From a plasmid, in the sequence record CP089609.1: a stretch of DNA of 64,000 bases, one strand, 5' to 3'. Positions within the stretch are counted from its first letter, which is position 1, and each line of letters opens with the position of its first letter. The notes under the pieces were generated by a model. The model searched no databases. It was not told where the DNA came from and saw only the letters and a list, made by a program, of their open reading frames with translations. This document shows, in pieces, positions 48,910-58,239 of this stretch. The position numbers and the translations under genes are program-made.

Positions 48910-48981
48910 GTTCGCATCGGGTCACCACCTGACGCAGGCCTCATCAGATCACCGAATGTACCGAGGAACGAGAACCTACCC

Positions 48982-50076
48982 ATGACCGCCGTCACTGATG
49001 TGTTCAGCGAAGACGAACTCGAGGCCGCCATCGGCAGCGGGTTCATCGAGTCTTTCCGGCATCCTCAGCTGCCACTGACCATCTACAACTACACCGAACG
49101 CGCCCAGTTTGAGACCGCCTGGAACGCCGCCACCCGCGCGTGCCGGGGCCTCATCGTCAACGACGATCGCCGGATCGTCGCCCGCCCCTGGGCGAAGTTC
49201 TTCGAGTACAAGCCGGTAGGCGGACAACACGGCCCCGTGGACCTCGACGCAGCTGTCGAGGCCACCGATAAGGTCGACGGATCTCTGGGCATCCTTTACC
49301 CCGCCGGCCACACGTGGGCGATCGCCACCCGTGGATCCTTCACCGGCAACCAGGCCGCTCACGCCACCACCCTCTATCAGCAGCGCTACGCCGGCGCCTG
49401 GTCCCCTGATCCCGAACTGACCTACTTGTTCGAGATCGTCTATCCGGACAACCGGGTCGTCCTGAACTACGGCGACACAGACGATCTCGTCCTTCTCGGC
49501 GCTTGCCGCATCGCTGACGGTGCATCCGTTACAGCAAGTTCGATCGGCGACTGGCCGGGGCCGCGTGCACAGACTCTGCCGGTCACAACCCTTCGCGATG
49601 CGTTGGCCTTCCCAGACCGGGCCAACGCCGAGGGCCTCGTGGTGACCGTGGTGGAATCCGGCCTCAAACTCAAACTCAAACAACGCGATTACGTACTCCG
49701 GCATCGCATGGTCACCGGGATGTCGGCGCTGGCGGTATGGGAGTACTTGGCCACGGGTGCGGGGATTTCAGGTCTGATATCGGATGGGCACCTTCCCGAC
49801 GAGCTCCACGACTGGGCCCGCGCCGTTGTCGCCGAGCTGCAAGGCCAGCATCTCGCGCTCAAAGATGCCGCCGAACAGGCACATGCAGAGATCATCGCGC
49901 GCCTCGAACCCGGGCACACCCGAAAGGACTATGCCGCCGAGGCTGTCAAACACGCTGACCTGAAAGGCTTCCTGTTCGCGCTCGCGGACGGGCGCCTGGA
50001 CAAGTTCGAGGCTGCGTTGTGGAAGTCCGTTCGACCTGATGCCAACGAACTGCGCTCCGAAGGGGCTTCCCGATGA
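48982..50076 (+). CDS. T4 Rnl1-family ATP-dependent RNA ligase
   Basis: Motif I TDKVDGSLGILY (compare T4 Rnl1 LTKEDGSLVSTY). N-terminal LTIYNYTERAQF...RACRGLIVN...RIVARPWAKFFEY parallels T4 Rnl1 RIFSYNYASYSDW..ALECRGIMFE..VRIASRPMEKFFNL. Later EGLVV..SGLKLKLKQRDY parallels [20 protein letters not shown]. About 364 aa, the same size class as gp63. Confidence 0.8.
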   Translation: MTAVTDVFSEDELEAAIGSGFIESFRHPQLPLTIYNYTERAQFETAWNAATRACRGLIVNDDRRIVARPWAKFFEYKPVGGQHGPVDLDAAVEATDKVDGSLGILYPAGHTWAIATRGSFTGNQAAHATTLYQQRYAGAWSPDPELTYLFEIVYPDNRVVLNYGDTDDLVLLGACRIADGASVTASSIGDWPGPRAQTLPVTTLRDALAFPDRANAEGLVVTVVESGLKLKLKQRDYVLRHRMVTGMSALAVWEYLATGAGISGLISDGHLPDELHDWARAVVAELQGQHLALKDAAEQAHAEIIARLEPGHTRKDYAAEAVKHADLKGFLFALADGRLDKFEAALWKSVRPDANELRSEGASR

Positions 50077-51097
50077 ATCACCAGCCGCCCCGCCCCGCCT
50101 CGACCAATCACGCACCCGCCGAGCGTGGCCTCGCCCCTATACTCGGAACTTTCCCGTCTGTCAGAATCGCACTGTTCGGGCCCCGAGTCTTGTTCGCCTA
50201 CCTGGGCGCGATGAACACGCTCTACCTCATCGGCTACATGTTGGCGGCCATCTTTCCCCGGCCCCCTGCCACCATTTTGGAGTACGACACCGCGGGCGCC
50301 ATGCTGTCGGTTTTCGGCGAGGTTTTCTCCGGAATTCGAGATTTTGCCGCGCAATGGGCATTCTTCGGCGCCACGCCTTCTCCCCTCGTCGCCGGCGGCC
50401 TCGTCGTCTTTTCCCTGATGTGTGGTCACGCACTGGCGACCATGTCCCGGCCCGCCCGCCGACGGCCCGAACTTGTCGAACGCTTGATTCAGCTCCCAGA
50501 CGTGGCTGCCGATAACGGCGACCAGCTCGGCGCCGTGGACGCCAAGGATCGGGCCCAACGGACACGCGGGACAAGATCGCCGACGTACATGCCGCCCTGT
50601 CCCAGCTGGATGCGGAGTGGCTTGCTTACACCATGGACGTGACCGCCTACTACCTCACCAAACCTGTTCTGCGGGACGCCGATACACCGCAGACTGCGGC
50701 ATACCAGGCCGCGCTCTACGAGTTGCGTGAGCGCTCAGAAGGCCTCGGCGACCATTCCAGCGACAGTCAGATCCAAGCCGCCGAGAAGGCCGCGGACTCA
50801 GCGTTGCAAGCGTGGGCGACAGCCAACGACCATGCTCTGACGGTCGGTGTCAGTGATCGCAGCCCGACCGAACGGGCCGCGCTGCGCCGTCTCCACGCTC
50901 TGATCGGCCAGTTGAGCGACCCAGCAACACCGAAGCCGATGCGCGACACCATCGTCGAGGCGATGGCCCGCGAAATGGACAAGCTGACCACGGTTCCCGC
51001 TTCACGGGAACACCTGGCGGCTTTGCCGGCATTGGCGGGACGCAACTTCGACGCAATCGCGTCCGGCCGGTCGAAGCAGCCGACTGTTGAGAGATGA
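50073..51097 (+). CDS. Membrane protein; either two genes (50073-50642, 50633-51097) or one gene with a frameshift near 50555-50575
   Basis: The GC3 signal moves from frame 0 to frame 2 around 50560, and frame 2 reads protein-like (RDKIADVHAALSQLDAEWLAYT) upstream of the annotated ATG 50633. Confidence 0.4.
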
Positions 51098-51122
51098 CTG
51101 TCCAGCCAGCCAGAAATGTCTT

Positions 51123-51144
51123 CATACACCGCTTCGGGTGTATA
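51123..51144. promoter_or_regulatory. Palindrome copy 6 (cATACACC-gcttcg-GGTGTATA, TATAGT)
   Basis: 43 nt upstream of the 51187 TTG start. Confidence 0.55.
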
Positions 51145-51186
51145 GTATGAGAATGTCGACTCGCTCTAGCCTGAGGAGGGAAAACC

Positions 51187-51522
51187 TTGACAACCACCGC
51201 TGAGCAGTTGGCCGCCTACAAGGCGCAGATCGACGCAAAGTATGCACGTGGCTACGTCCCGGCGAAATCTGCTGCCGCGCAGCGCCACCAACGGATCGCC
51301 GAGGACCGCGCTCAGCCCGGCTGGCTACTCCTCGATCCGAACGGTGTCGTTGACGGCTTCCACACCTACTCGCGTGATCTCGGCTGGGACACCACTGAAA
51401 ACGTGTGGGAGAAGTTCGAGAAGCGCAAGCGCGACCGCGAACGGCTGCAGTCAGAGGGATGGACGGTCATCCGCGACGACGGCCGAGTCCGCAACACAAC
51501 CCCGACAGCCAACGAACCGTGA
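51187..51522 (+). CDS. Hypothetical protein (TTG start, GAGGAGGG SD)
   Basis: 111 aa. The start is 43 nt after a palindrome copy. Confidence 0.5.
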   Translation: MTTTAEQLAAYKAQIDAKYARGYVPAKSAAAQRHQRIAEDRAQPGWLLLDPNGVVDGFHTYSRDLGWDTTENVWEKFEKRKRDRERLQSEGWTVIRDDGRVRNTTPTANEP

Positions 51523-51532
51523 GAGAAACGCA

Positions 51533-51703
51533 GTGGCAACCAAGTACAGCAACACATTCGTCGAATTCAACGCCCTAGAGGCAGCGCTCTCTGATGACAC
51601 CGAAGGCATGCGCCAGGTGCTGGCATCGATGTTTCCCACAGAGCGCCAAGCACTCAAACGAGCAATGCTCGATGTGGTCGACGCGATAGACGATCTGGAC
51701 TGA
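51533..51703 (+). CDS. Small hypothetical protein (56 aa, GTG start)
   Basis: Coding-like tail of ORF 51242-51703. Confidence 0.3.
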   Translation: MATKYSNTFVEFNALEAALSDDTEGMRQVLASMFPTERQALKRAMLDVVDAIDDLD

Positions 51704-51708
51704 CTGAC

Positions 51709-52179
51709 ATGTCCACACAGCCCAGGACGAGGCCGCTGACCGACAACCAGCTCGAAGTGCTGCGTCAGTTCGGTTCCGAGACCGGCTGGCTGCGGCCACT
51801 GGACCTCGGCGGGAGTAACCGCTCCAACCACAGCGCGGTCCTGGCGCAGCTGCAACGCCGCGGCCTCGTCGACTCGAAGGTCCGCTCACACGGCGTACGA
51901 GGCTCCAAGCTCTACAGGATCACTCCCGCCGGCCGCCACGCACTCCTGACTCGCACCACAGCGGTGAACACGCCAGGAGGCGTGGAACACGGCGGGTCTG
52001 AATCCACACCCCAACATCGCCCTACCACCGCCGCCCGGTGCCGCGCACTCGCCGACCAGCTGGACACAGCGGACCCGACCAAAGCATCGAACTACCGCCA
52101 GTTCGCCGACGCGCTCGACCACAAAGACATGGGCGCAATCTGCGCCGTCAGTGCATCCATCAACCACACCGTCGGCTGA
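51709..52179 (+). CDS. Winged-helix (MarR/PadR-like) DNA-binding protein
   Basis: LTDNQLEVLRQFGSETGWLRPLDL...NHSAVLAQLQRRGLVDS...KLYRITPAGRHAL. Confidence 0.5.
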   Translation: MSTQPRTRPLTDNQLEVLRQFGSETGWLRPLDLGGSNRSNHSAVLAQLQRRGLVDSKVRSHGVRGSKLYRITPAGRHALLTRTTAVNTPGGVEHGGSESTPQHRPTTAARCRALADQLDTADPTKASNYRQFADALDHKDMGAICAVSASINHTVG

Positions 52180-52193
52180 ACCACGGAGGCGAC

Positions 52194-52643
52194 ATGGACC
52201 CGATCGATCACGTTGTTCGTACATCATTGCCTTGGCGCAGTGAATCTTTGACCGAATGTGGGCGAGGACTCAACGATGTCGGCTCAGCGATCACTCAGCA
52301 AAAGCTCCACGAGCGCGTCAAGGAGTACGGCGCGCAGCGTACCGCGTTCACCGTGTGCATGACGTGCTGGACGACGGCCTCAGCACACCGGGAAACCTGG
52401 GAATCTGACCCCATCGCAGTGCTCTACCGAGAGGCGCAGCGCGCTGGAGGCGCACTGGTGAGCCCGCGCTCCGACAGACCGGAACGAGTACTACTGACAG
52501 CGGAACTGCGGGCCATTGCAGCACTGATCGAGGCGCATCGCGACGAGTTCGATCATTACATCGCCAGCCTGGCCGAAACGGCAAGCCTCGACGCCGTGCG
52601 GAACGCACGTAGATCGAGTCAACTACGCCGCGCCCCTCGCTAG
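52194..52643 (+). CDS. Hypothetical protein
   Basis: ATG with a GGAGGCGAC SD; 149 aa. Confidence 0.45.
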   Translation: MDPIDHVVRTSLPWRSESLTECGRGLNDVGSAITQQKLHERVKEYGAQRTAFTVCMTCWTTASAHRETWESDPIAVLYREAQRAGGALVSPRSDRPERVLLTAELRAIAALIEAHRDEFDHYIASLAETASLDAVRNARRSSQLRRAPR

Positions 52644-52680
52644 ACCGGCCCGAACCCCGTACGAGGAAAGAGATTCCGCG

Positions 52681-53603
52681 ATGTCCACCCGCTGGTTGAG
52701 CCCCTTGCGGTACCCCGGCGGAAAAGGGCGCATGGCCGACGCGTTAGCCGACGTGTTCCAACAGCAGTTCGGTCTGCTCGACGTCGAAGTATGGGCCGAG
52801 CCATTCGCCGGCGGCGCGGGGGCCGGACTGCATCTGCTCGATCGCGGCGTCGTCGACGAGGTCTGGCTGACCGAGAGAAACCCGGCCCTGGCCGCGTTCT
52901 GGCGCACCACCACCACCAACAGCGACGAACTGGCCGCGCGGGTCCGCACATGCCAACCCGACATGTCCACCTGGCACGCCGCGCGCGAGATCGTCGCGGA
53001 GGCGCGGACTGGCGCCGAGATCGCCGATCTCGACCTCGCATTCGCCGCCCTTCTCATCAACCGGTGCTCACGTTCAGGCATGGTCAACCCCAGTGTCGGC
53101 CCGATCGGCGGCAAGAACCAGAACGGCCGCTGGCACCTTCGCTCCCGATGGAACCCCGAGGGCCTGTCCGAACGCATCGATTCGATCGGACGGCTCGGCA
53201 ACCGGATCCGCGTCAGCGAAGGAGATGCGATCACACACATCGCGGAGTTGAACGGATCGGTGGGCATTGAGCACGAGCTCCTGCTGTTCGTCGACCCGCC
53301 CTATCTGGTCCAGGGCAACAAGCTTTATCACGACGGTATGACCTTCGACGACCACAAGAACCTCGCCGAGGCACTACCAACTGCGCAGCTCGCTGGCTGC
53401 TCACCTACGACAGCGACGAACGCATCCTCGGCCTCTATCCGGGCCATCGCATCCTGGCCTACGAGATCGCCCACACCGCTAACCAGGCCCGCATCGAAGA
53501 GGAATACGCGGTCCTATCCGACAATCTCGCGGTCCGCGACGACCAAAACCTACTCACCACGGGCGCATCCCGATGGGTCCAGCACGAGCCCACGCACAAC
53601 TAG
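52681..53603 (+). pseudogene. Dam-family N6-adenine DNA methyltransferase with apparent +1 frameshift near 53380-53390
   Basis: Motif I YPGGKGR, FAGGAG and motif IV FVDPPY are all present. After ...FDDHKNLAEAL the annotated frame turns to Pro/Ser/Thr junk, while the adjacent frame reads ARWLLTYDSDERILGLYPGHRILAYEI..., the canonical Dam C-terminus, ending at TAG 53601-53603. Confidence 0.7.
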
Positions 53604-53629
53604 TCCACCCCGCGAGGAAGGAAACCCGC

Positions 53630-53860
53630 ATGTCAACACCCACCGGCGACCACGAATGGACTAGCGAAGCTGTCGACGGCGCATCTCTAGTCCACCTGGC
53701 CCGCCTCGCAACGGCCGGCGACCAGACCGACATCGTCATGTACGTCCGCAGGCAGGCACACCGGCTCCGCACCCGGGCCCCACAAACGTCACAAGCGCTC
53801 ACCGCACTGATCGACGGAGCTGCCCCGCCTCCCAGCCCGCTACGTGGTGCAGCAACATGA
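53630..53860 (+). CDS. Small hypothetical protein
   Basis: ATG 53630 with a GAGGAAGGAAAC SD. Confidence 0.4.
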   Translation: MSTPTGDHEWTSEAVDGASLVHLARLATAGDQTDIVMYVRRQAHRLRTRAPQTSQALTALIDGAAPPPSPLRGAAT

Positions 53861-54177
53861 GCTCGCCGCTAACCAGGTCAGGATGGGCACTCGGCGGCCT
53901 CTCGACAGCGCTCATCTTGGCGACCTTGTCAGCGCCGATCGCCGCAGCAGCCAAGGTGGAGCCGACCCCGCCCGAGCCCTCACATTGTCGGGTACCGCTA
54001 CAGCTGATCGGCGATACGGCTGTCATGCCTCCGGATCCGCGGTTCGACTGGAGAAAGTGGCTCGACACAGCCCCAGACGATGCGGATCTCCCATGTGATC
54101 CAGACGCGGTATTCGGCGGCACCCTGCCGGCACACATGATCCCGTCATGGGTTCTCGATGAACTGCTGCGGAGATAA
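53857..54177 (+). CDS. Secreted small protein (signal peptide)
   Basis: ATGA overlap with the upstream gene; N-terminal LGGLSTALILATLSAPIAAAA. Confidence 0.45.
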   Translation: MSSPLTRSGWALGGLSTALILATLSAPIAAAAKVEPTPPEPSHCRVPLQLIGDTAVMPPDPRFDWRKWLDTAPDDADLPCDPDAVFGGTLPAHMIPSWVLDELLRR

Positions 54178-54219
54178 AACACCCAGTGCGCGAACACAGT
54201 TGAAAGAAAGGGACTGAAC

Positions 54220-54732
54220 ATGACGATATGGCTCATGTCTGTCGCGCTGACCACCCAGGCAGTGCGGGACCGCCAGAAAACACAAACCCGCAGAGCCGGT
54301 TGGCGGCACCTCAAAGAAGGTGATCAGCTGGCCCTGTGTCCGAAAGTTCGCGGCGTCCGCCGCGACAATCGCGAGCTGATCACCATCGTCGATGTCGTTT
54401 CAGTGCGCCGGGAGCTGCTGCGGGCGATCACAGCAGAAGACGTTGTTGCCGAAGGCTTCCCGAATCTCACCACAGCTGACTTCATCACGTTCTTCTGCGA
54501 CAGCCACCGCGGTGTCCGACCGGAATCGGAAATCACGCGCATCGAATGGGCCTATCCCCGCCTGTGTCGACAGTGCCGCTGCACGGAGTACGCCGCATGC
54601 ACAACAATCACTGGACCGTGCAGCTGGCGAACAACATATGACGACAACACCGGCATCTGCACCGCATGCACCGCTGCCGCGACCACAAGGCAACTCGATT
54701 TGTCGGAACGTCGAGGGAGGATGGGAGTATGA
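54220..54732 (+). CDS. ASCH/PUA-like domain protein with Cys-rich C-terminus
   Basis: N-terminal MSVALTTQAVRDRQKTQTRRAGWRHLKEGDQLAL resembles the ASCH pattern (G-K-T-x-R...GD-L); weak. The C-terminus has 7 Cys. Confidence 0.4.
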   Translation: MTIWLMSVALTTQAVRDRQKTQTRRAGWRHLKEGDQLALCPKVRGVRRDNRELITIVDVVSVRRELLRAITAEDVVAEGFPNLTTADFITFFCDSHRGVRPESEITRIEWAYPRLCRQCRCTEYAACTTITGPCSWRTTYDDNTGICTACTAAATTRQLDLSERRGRMGV

Positions 54733-55190
54733 CGAAGGAATTTGACGAGTTGCCGCCCGTTTCGGCGGCGCCGTTGTCACGAATCCGTCGCGGGTTCATC
54801 GTCGCGGAAGGGTGCGTGATTGGCCTTTTGGCGGGGACTGCGGCGGCAGTCCTCGCGCTATCAGTGGCACCGTGGGTGGTGAGGTTGATCGCGTCTGTAT
54901 CGGCGGGGGCGATCGGCGATCGACCGGCAGAGGCGGCGTCATTCAGCGGGGGCCCACCCTGGTTTATGTGGCTGACCGGAGTGGTCGTTGGCCTGTTCGG
55001 AGCCGGGATCGTTGGATTTGAGGCGATCGAGAAACGTATCGCTGAAGCCAAGCTGCGTGTGCATGTCGCCATGTACCGCAACGTCATTGAAGAACACATG
55101 CGCAGCGAAGCTGCGCTGAGAAAACCCCACGACGACTACGCCCCGAGCCAGGATGATCGCCGTCGCCCCGACGCGGTTGGCGGCGACTGA
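54729..55190 (+). CDS. Membrane protein
   Basis: ATG 54729; 3 TM helices. Confidence 0.45.
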   Translation: MTKEFDELPPVSAAPLSRIRRGFIVAEGCVIGLLAGTAAAVLALSVAPWVVRLIASVSAGAIGDRPAEAASFSGGPPWFMWLTGVVVGLFGAGIVGFEAIEKRIAEAKLRVHVAMYRNVIEEHMRSEAALRKPHDDYAPSQDDRRRPDAVGGD

Positions 55191-55277
55191 CGATTCGAGC
55201 ATAGGCAACACCTACGCCCATGACCGCCCAGCTGAACGACCACGAAATGTCAGACCTGTCCAGGAGAATTCAGACCC

Positions 55278-55775
55278 ATGAAGATTTCCAATGGCGAACC
55301 GCGGAGTGAACGGCTAATTCGAGCCCTGGCCGCTGTCGGTGGGTGCGCGATCCTCGTCGCATCTGTGCTAACGACGATCAAGCTGATCGCTTGGCTACAG
55401 GCCTCGGCTTCGGCGTTTAGCACTCTGGATGCGGCAATCGCAGCATTTGCATTGTGCGGACTGGTCACCGCCGGCTTGATCGCTCTGTACATTTTCCAAC
55501 GAGGATCAGTTGGGGCACGCCGTATCGGTGCGTTACTCACCGATACGGCACCGGGACAGGTCCTTGGCGGACTGATCGGACTTGTCCTCGCCATCGCCTC
55601 AATCTCTACCGCGGCCGCCGCCGCGCAAGGGTGGGGATCATGGTTGATATCGGTCTTGTCAGCCGTGTTCTGGGGCGCTGTGGGACTGCGCGAGCTGCGC
55701 AACGGGTGGCGCCAATGGGCATCGCGCCGCGACGACTTGCGTAATGGCCCTGCGATCGAGCGTATTCCGGAATAG
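55278..55775 (+). CDS. Membrane protein (4 TM)
   Basis: SD CAGGAGAA; hydrophobic. Confidence 0.5.
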   Translation: MKISNGEPRSERLIRALAAVGGCAILVASVLTTIKLIAWLQASASAFSTLDAAIAAFALCGLVTAGLIALYIFQRGSVGARRIGALLTDTAPGQVLGGLIGLVLAIASISTAAAAAQGWGSWLISVLSAVFWGAVGLRELRNGWRQWASRRDDLRNGPAIERIPE

Positions 55776-55824
55776 ATGGCCAAGACCACCCCGACCGCAC
55801 ACCAGCACTGGCGTTGAGAGGGAG

Positions 55825-56166
55825 ATGATCGCTATGGACGTGAACATGTTTCCCGTCATTGACAACCGCGGGCAACTAGAGGAACTCACCGGCCGCCAGG
55901 CCACGACGTCCGTCTGGACCGCAGTCGTTGTCGACCGACAAGGCGACGTGTTTGGGACGTACTTGGGCAATGGAACATGGACCGAACTGGGCTCGGCCGT
56001 CCCCTTCTGTCTGAGCGGACGGATAGCTCTGCCCGCACGCTTGGTGGCAGGCCAGGCATCCGAGCGCCCTCAGACCGCCCGCGTAACCAACGTGGCGGAA
56101 CACAAGGTCGGTCTGCCCAAGCAGCTTTCGTCGCCACAGACCGCTGACGTGTCTTTGCTCGACTGA
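55825..56166 (+). CDS. Hypothetical protein
   Basis: GAGGGAGATG SD region; 113 aa. Confidence 0.4.
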   Translation: MIAMDVNMFPVIDNRGQLEELTGRQATTSVWTAVVVDRQGDVFGTYLGNGTWTELGSAVPFCLSGRIALPARLVAGQASERPQTARVTNVAEHKVGLPKQLSSPQTADVSLLD

Positions 56167-56297
56167 GTGGATTTCAGATCCACCCACAGTCACCACCTCG
56201 ATTCCCACGATCCGAACGGCTTGCAACGCCCCTGGACAGCGGCCGCAAACATGGTGTGCACACTTGTGCGGCACAACTGTGCGTAAAATCTGGGCAC

Positions 56298-57209
56298 ATG
56301 CCTGACAACTACGTCCGCGGCTTCGATCAACGAGCGGACTACCTGACCGCCACCGCCCAGCTCTACCTGAGCACTCAACAGGTCGCCGACCGTCTCGGCA
56401 TCACCCGTGACGTGCTACAGCACCAAATCCGCGACGGCGACTTCATCGCACCCGACGTCGTCGTCGGCGAACGCGGGATCCAAGGCTGGTCACCCGCTCG
56501 CATCGATGAGGTCCGCCTAGAGAGAATGGGCAACTCGGTAGACATCGACCCTGACAAGGTGTTCGCCGAACTCAACCACCTACGCGCCGCGGCCGAAACA
56601 CTTCGCGCCTACATCCGTGATGACGATCGAGCCGAGCCCATCCACCGGCTCCCATACGATCTGCACAGGCTGTGCGCGGCAATCGAAAACTCCGTCCGGG
56701 ACATGATGACCGTCCACGAGGAGTTCCTCACACAGATCGAACCTGAACGGGCTACGGGCCAACCCCGGCGCATGCCAGTCGCGTGCCAATCCCCCGACCT
56801 GATCATTCCCGACCCATCGACCAATGACCGCCTCCGGATCCATCAACTCAGCACCGCGGTAAAGGTTCTGGAGTCGGTGATTCAACAGATTCCCACGATA
56901 TTCGCGTCGAAACCTGGCCGTGAAGCCTTGCGCAAACTGCAGAACTACCGGTCCGAGATCGCCACCTATATCGACAAACTTAAGGCCCGCCCGGGCCAGC
57001 ACGACGTCGTGCGGCTACTGCAACCGTTGCCCGAGCACAGCATCGCCGCTGGCACCGAAGGCACCGTGGAGACGGTTCACGACCACAGCTACCAGAGGAA
57101 ACCACCAGCCTACGAAGTGAAATTCTCCGACTCCGACGGCGCGACACTGGCAACGGCGATCCTTGGGCCTGAAGACGTCGAAGTCACCTGGCGATGGACC
57201 GCCGTCTGA
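56298..57209 (+). CDS. HTH (MerR/excisionase-like) protein with C-terminal DUF4926-like domain
   Basis: ATG 56298 sits 7 nt after a TAAAAT -10-like hexamer, so the transcript may be leaderless. LSTQQVADRLGITRDVLQHQIRDGDF is an HTH. Confidence 0.5.
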   Translation: MPDNYVRGFDQRADYLTATAQLYLSTQQVADRLGITRDVLQHQIRDGDFIAPDVVVGERGIQGWSPARIDEVRLERMGNSVDIDPDKVFAELNHLRAAAETLRAYIRDDDRAEPIHRLPYDLHRLCAAIENSVRDMMTVHEEFLTQIEPERATGQPRRMPVACQSPDLIIPDPSTNDRLRIHQLSTAVKVLESVIQQIPTIFASKPGREALRKLQNYRSEIATYIDKLKARPGQHDVVRLLQPLPEHSIAAGTEGTVETVHDHSYQRKPPAYEVKFSDSDGATLATAILGPEDVEVTWRWTAV

Positions 57210-57282
57210 CCGACAAGTCCCCTTTCTCACCCCGACACTGACAATTGGATCGCCCACTGCTGACCGGATCGCCGGACCAGCC

Positions 57283-57302
57283 GGCATATACCTCCGGGCA
57301 TG
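57283..57302 (+). promoter_or_regulatory. Leaderless motif copy i for 57300-57713
   Basis: GGCATATACCTCCGGGCATG. Confidence 0.5.
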
Positions 57303-57713
57303 TCCACACATACACATACAGAAATAACGCCGACCGACAGCGATAGGCATCGCCACGAATTCCCGGTGGTAGAGACGGTATTGACCCTCGCAGTGACGCT
57401 GACTCCACTGGTGTGGGCTATGACGTCGGCGCCGACGCGCGGCATCTCGACCACGGGATCGTTTGTTGATGCGGTGTTCCCCTTCCCCGCCGGCACCTAT
57501 ACCGCATTCCTCGTCTTCGGGATCAGCCTCGTCCTCGGCGTCAGAATCGCTGTCAGAGCCGCGCGCACCTCGACAAGACTGCTGACCGTCACGGCGACCG
57601 TGCTCCTGGTCACCGCCGTTTCCCTCACAGTGAATGGCTTGTTCGGCATCGCGAGTGATACAGGCGGCATCTGTGTGGGATGTCCAGTGCACCCTTACCC
57701 TACGGCTCACTGA
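57300..57713 (+). CDS. Small membrane protein with C-terminal CxGC motif
   Basis: Starts at a leaderless motif; 3 TM helices. The C-terminal GICVGCPV is paralogous to the TICVCTG of 57948-58220. Confidence 0.5.
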   Translation: MSTHTHTEITPTDSDRHRHEFPVVETVLTLAVTLTPLVWAMTSAPTRGISTTGSFVDAVFPFPAGTYTAFLVFGISLVLGVRIAVRAARTSTRLLTVTATVLLVTAVSLTVNGLFGIASDTGGICVGCPVHPYPTAH

Positions 57714-57816
57714 AAGTCAGGCACCGGGCCGCCTGCCACACTGAAACGCACGGCATTGCCCCCGGCCCGCCGTTGCCGATGTTCACCTCGCCGGTGACCG
57801 GATCACCGAATCGGCC

Positions 57817-57836
57817 GGCATATACCTCAGGTCATG
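57817..57836 (+). promoter_or_regulatory. Leaderless motif copy j (tiny ORF, then 57948-58220)
   Basis: GGCATATACCTCAGGTCATG. Confidence 0.45.
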
Positions 57837-57944
57837 GACACCAACCATGCCTGGGAAACCTTCGACAGATTCCTTCGCGAGAACGTCAGAACAATCGTGT
57901 CGGCCATGACACGCCCGCCCCTTAGCCCCAACTACCCCAGGTGA
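57834..57944 (+). CDS. Tiny leaderless ORF (36 aa)
   Basis: Defined only by the conserved motif. Confidence 0.2.
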   Translation: MDTNHAWETFDRFLRENVRTIVSAMTRPPLSPNYPR

Positions 57945-57947
57945 GAC

Positions 57948-58220
57948 ATGGCACCTCTTGAACTTCTGACCAACGCCTACGATCGGTTCTTCCCGTTCAC
58001 CAGCGGGACCTTCGCCGTATTCGCCCTCGCCGGCATGGCCATCGTGATCACCATCCGGATCGTGCGCCCGATCCCACTCACCGGCAAGCTGCGCACGGCC
58101 ACGGCCGCATTGCTCCTGACCATCGCATGCATGCTCACCGTCATCGGGATGGTGGGACTGTCGTTGCGACTGCCTGACGACACGATCTGCGTGTGCACCG
58201 GTACCGGCTACCTCCGCTGA
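57948..58220 (+). CDS. Small membrane protein (paralog of 57300-57713)
   Basis: 90 aa with 2 TM helices and a CVCTGTG tail. Confidence 0.45.
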   Translation: MAPLELLTNAYDRFFPFTSGTFAVFALAGMAIVITIRIVRPIPLTGKLRTATAALLLTIACMLTVIGMVGLSLRLPDDTICVCTGTGYLR

Positions 58221-58239
58221 GAGACAGGTCCTTATCCCC

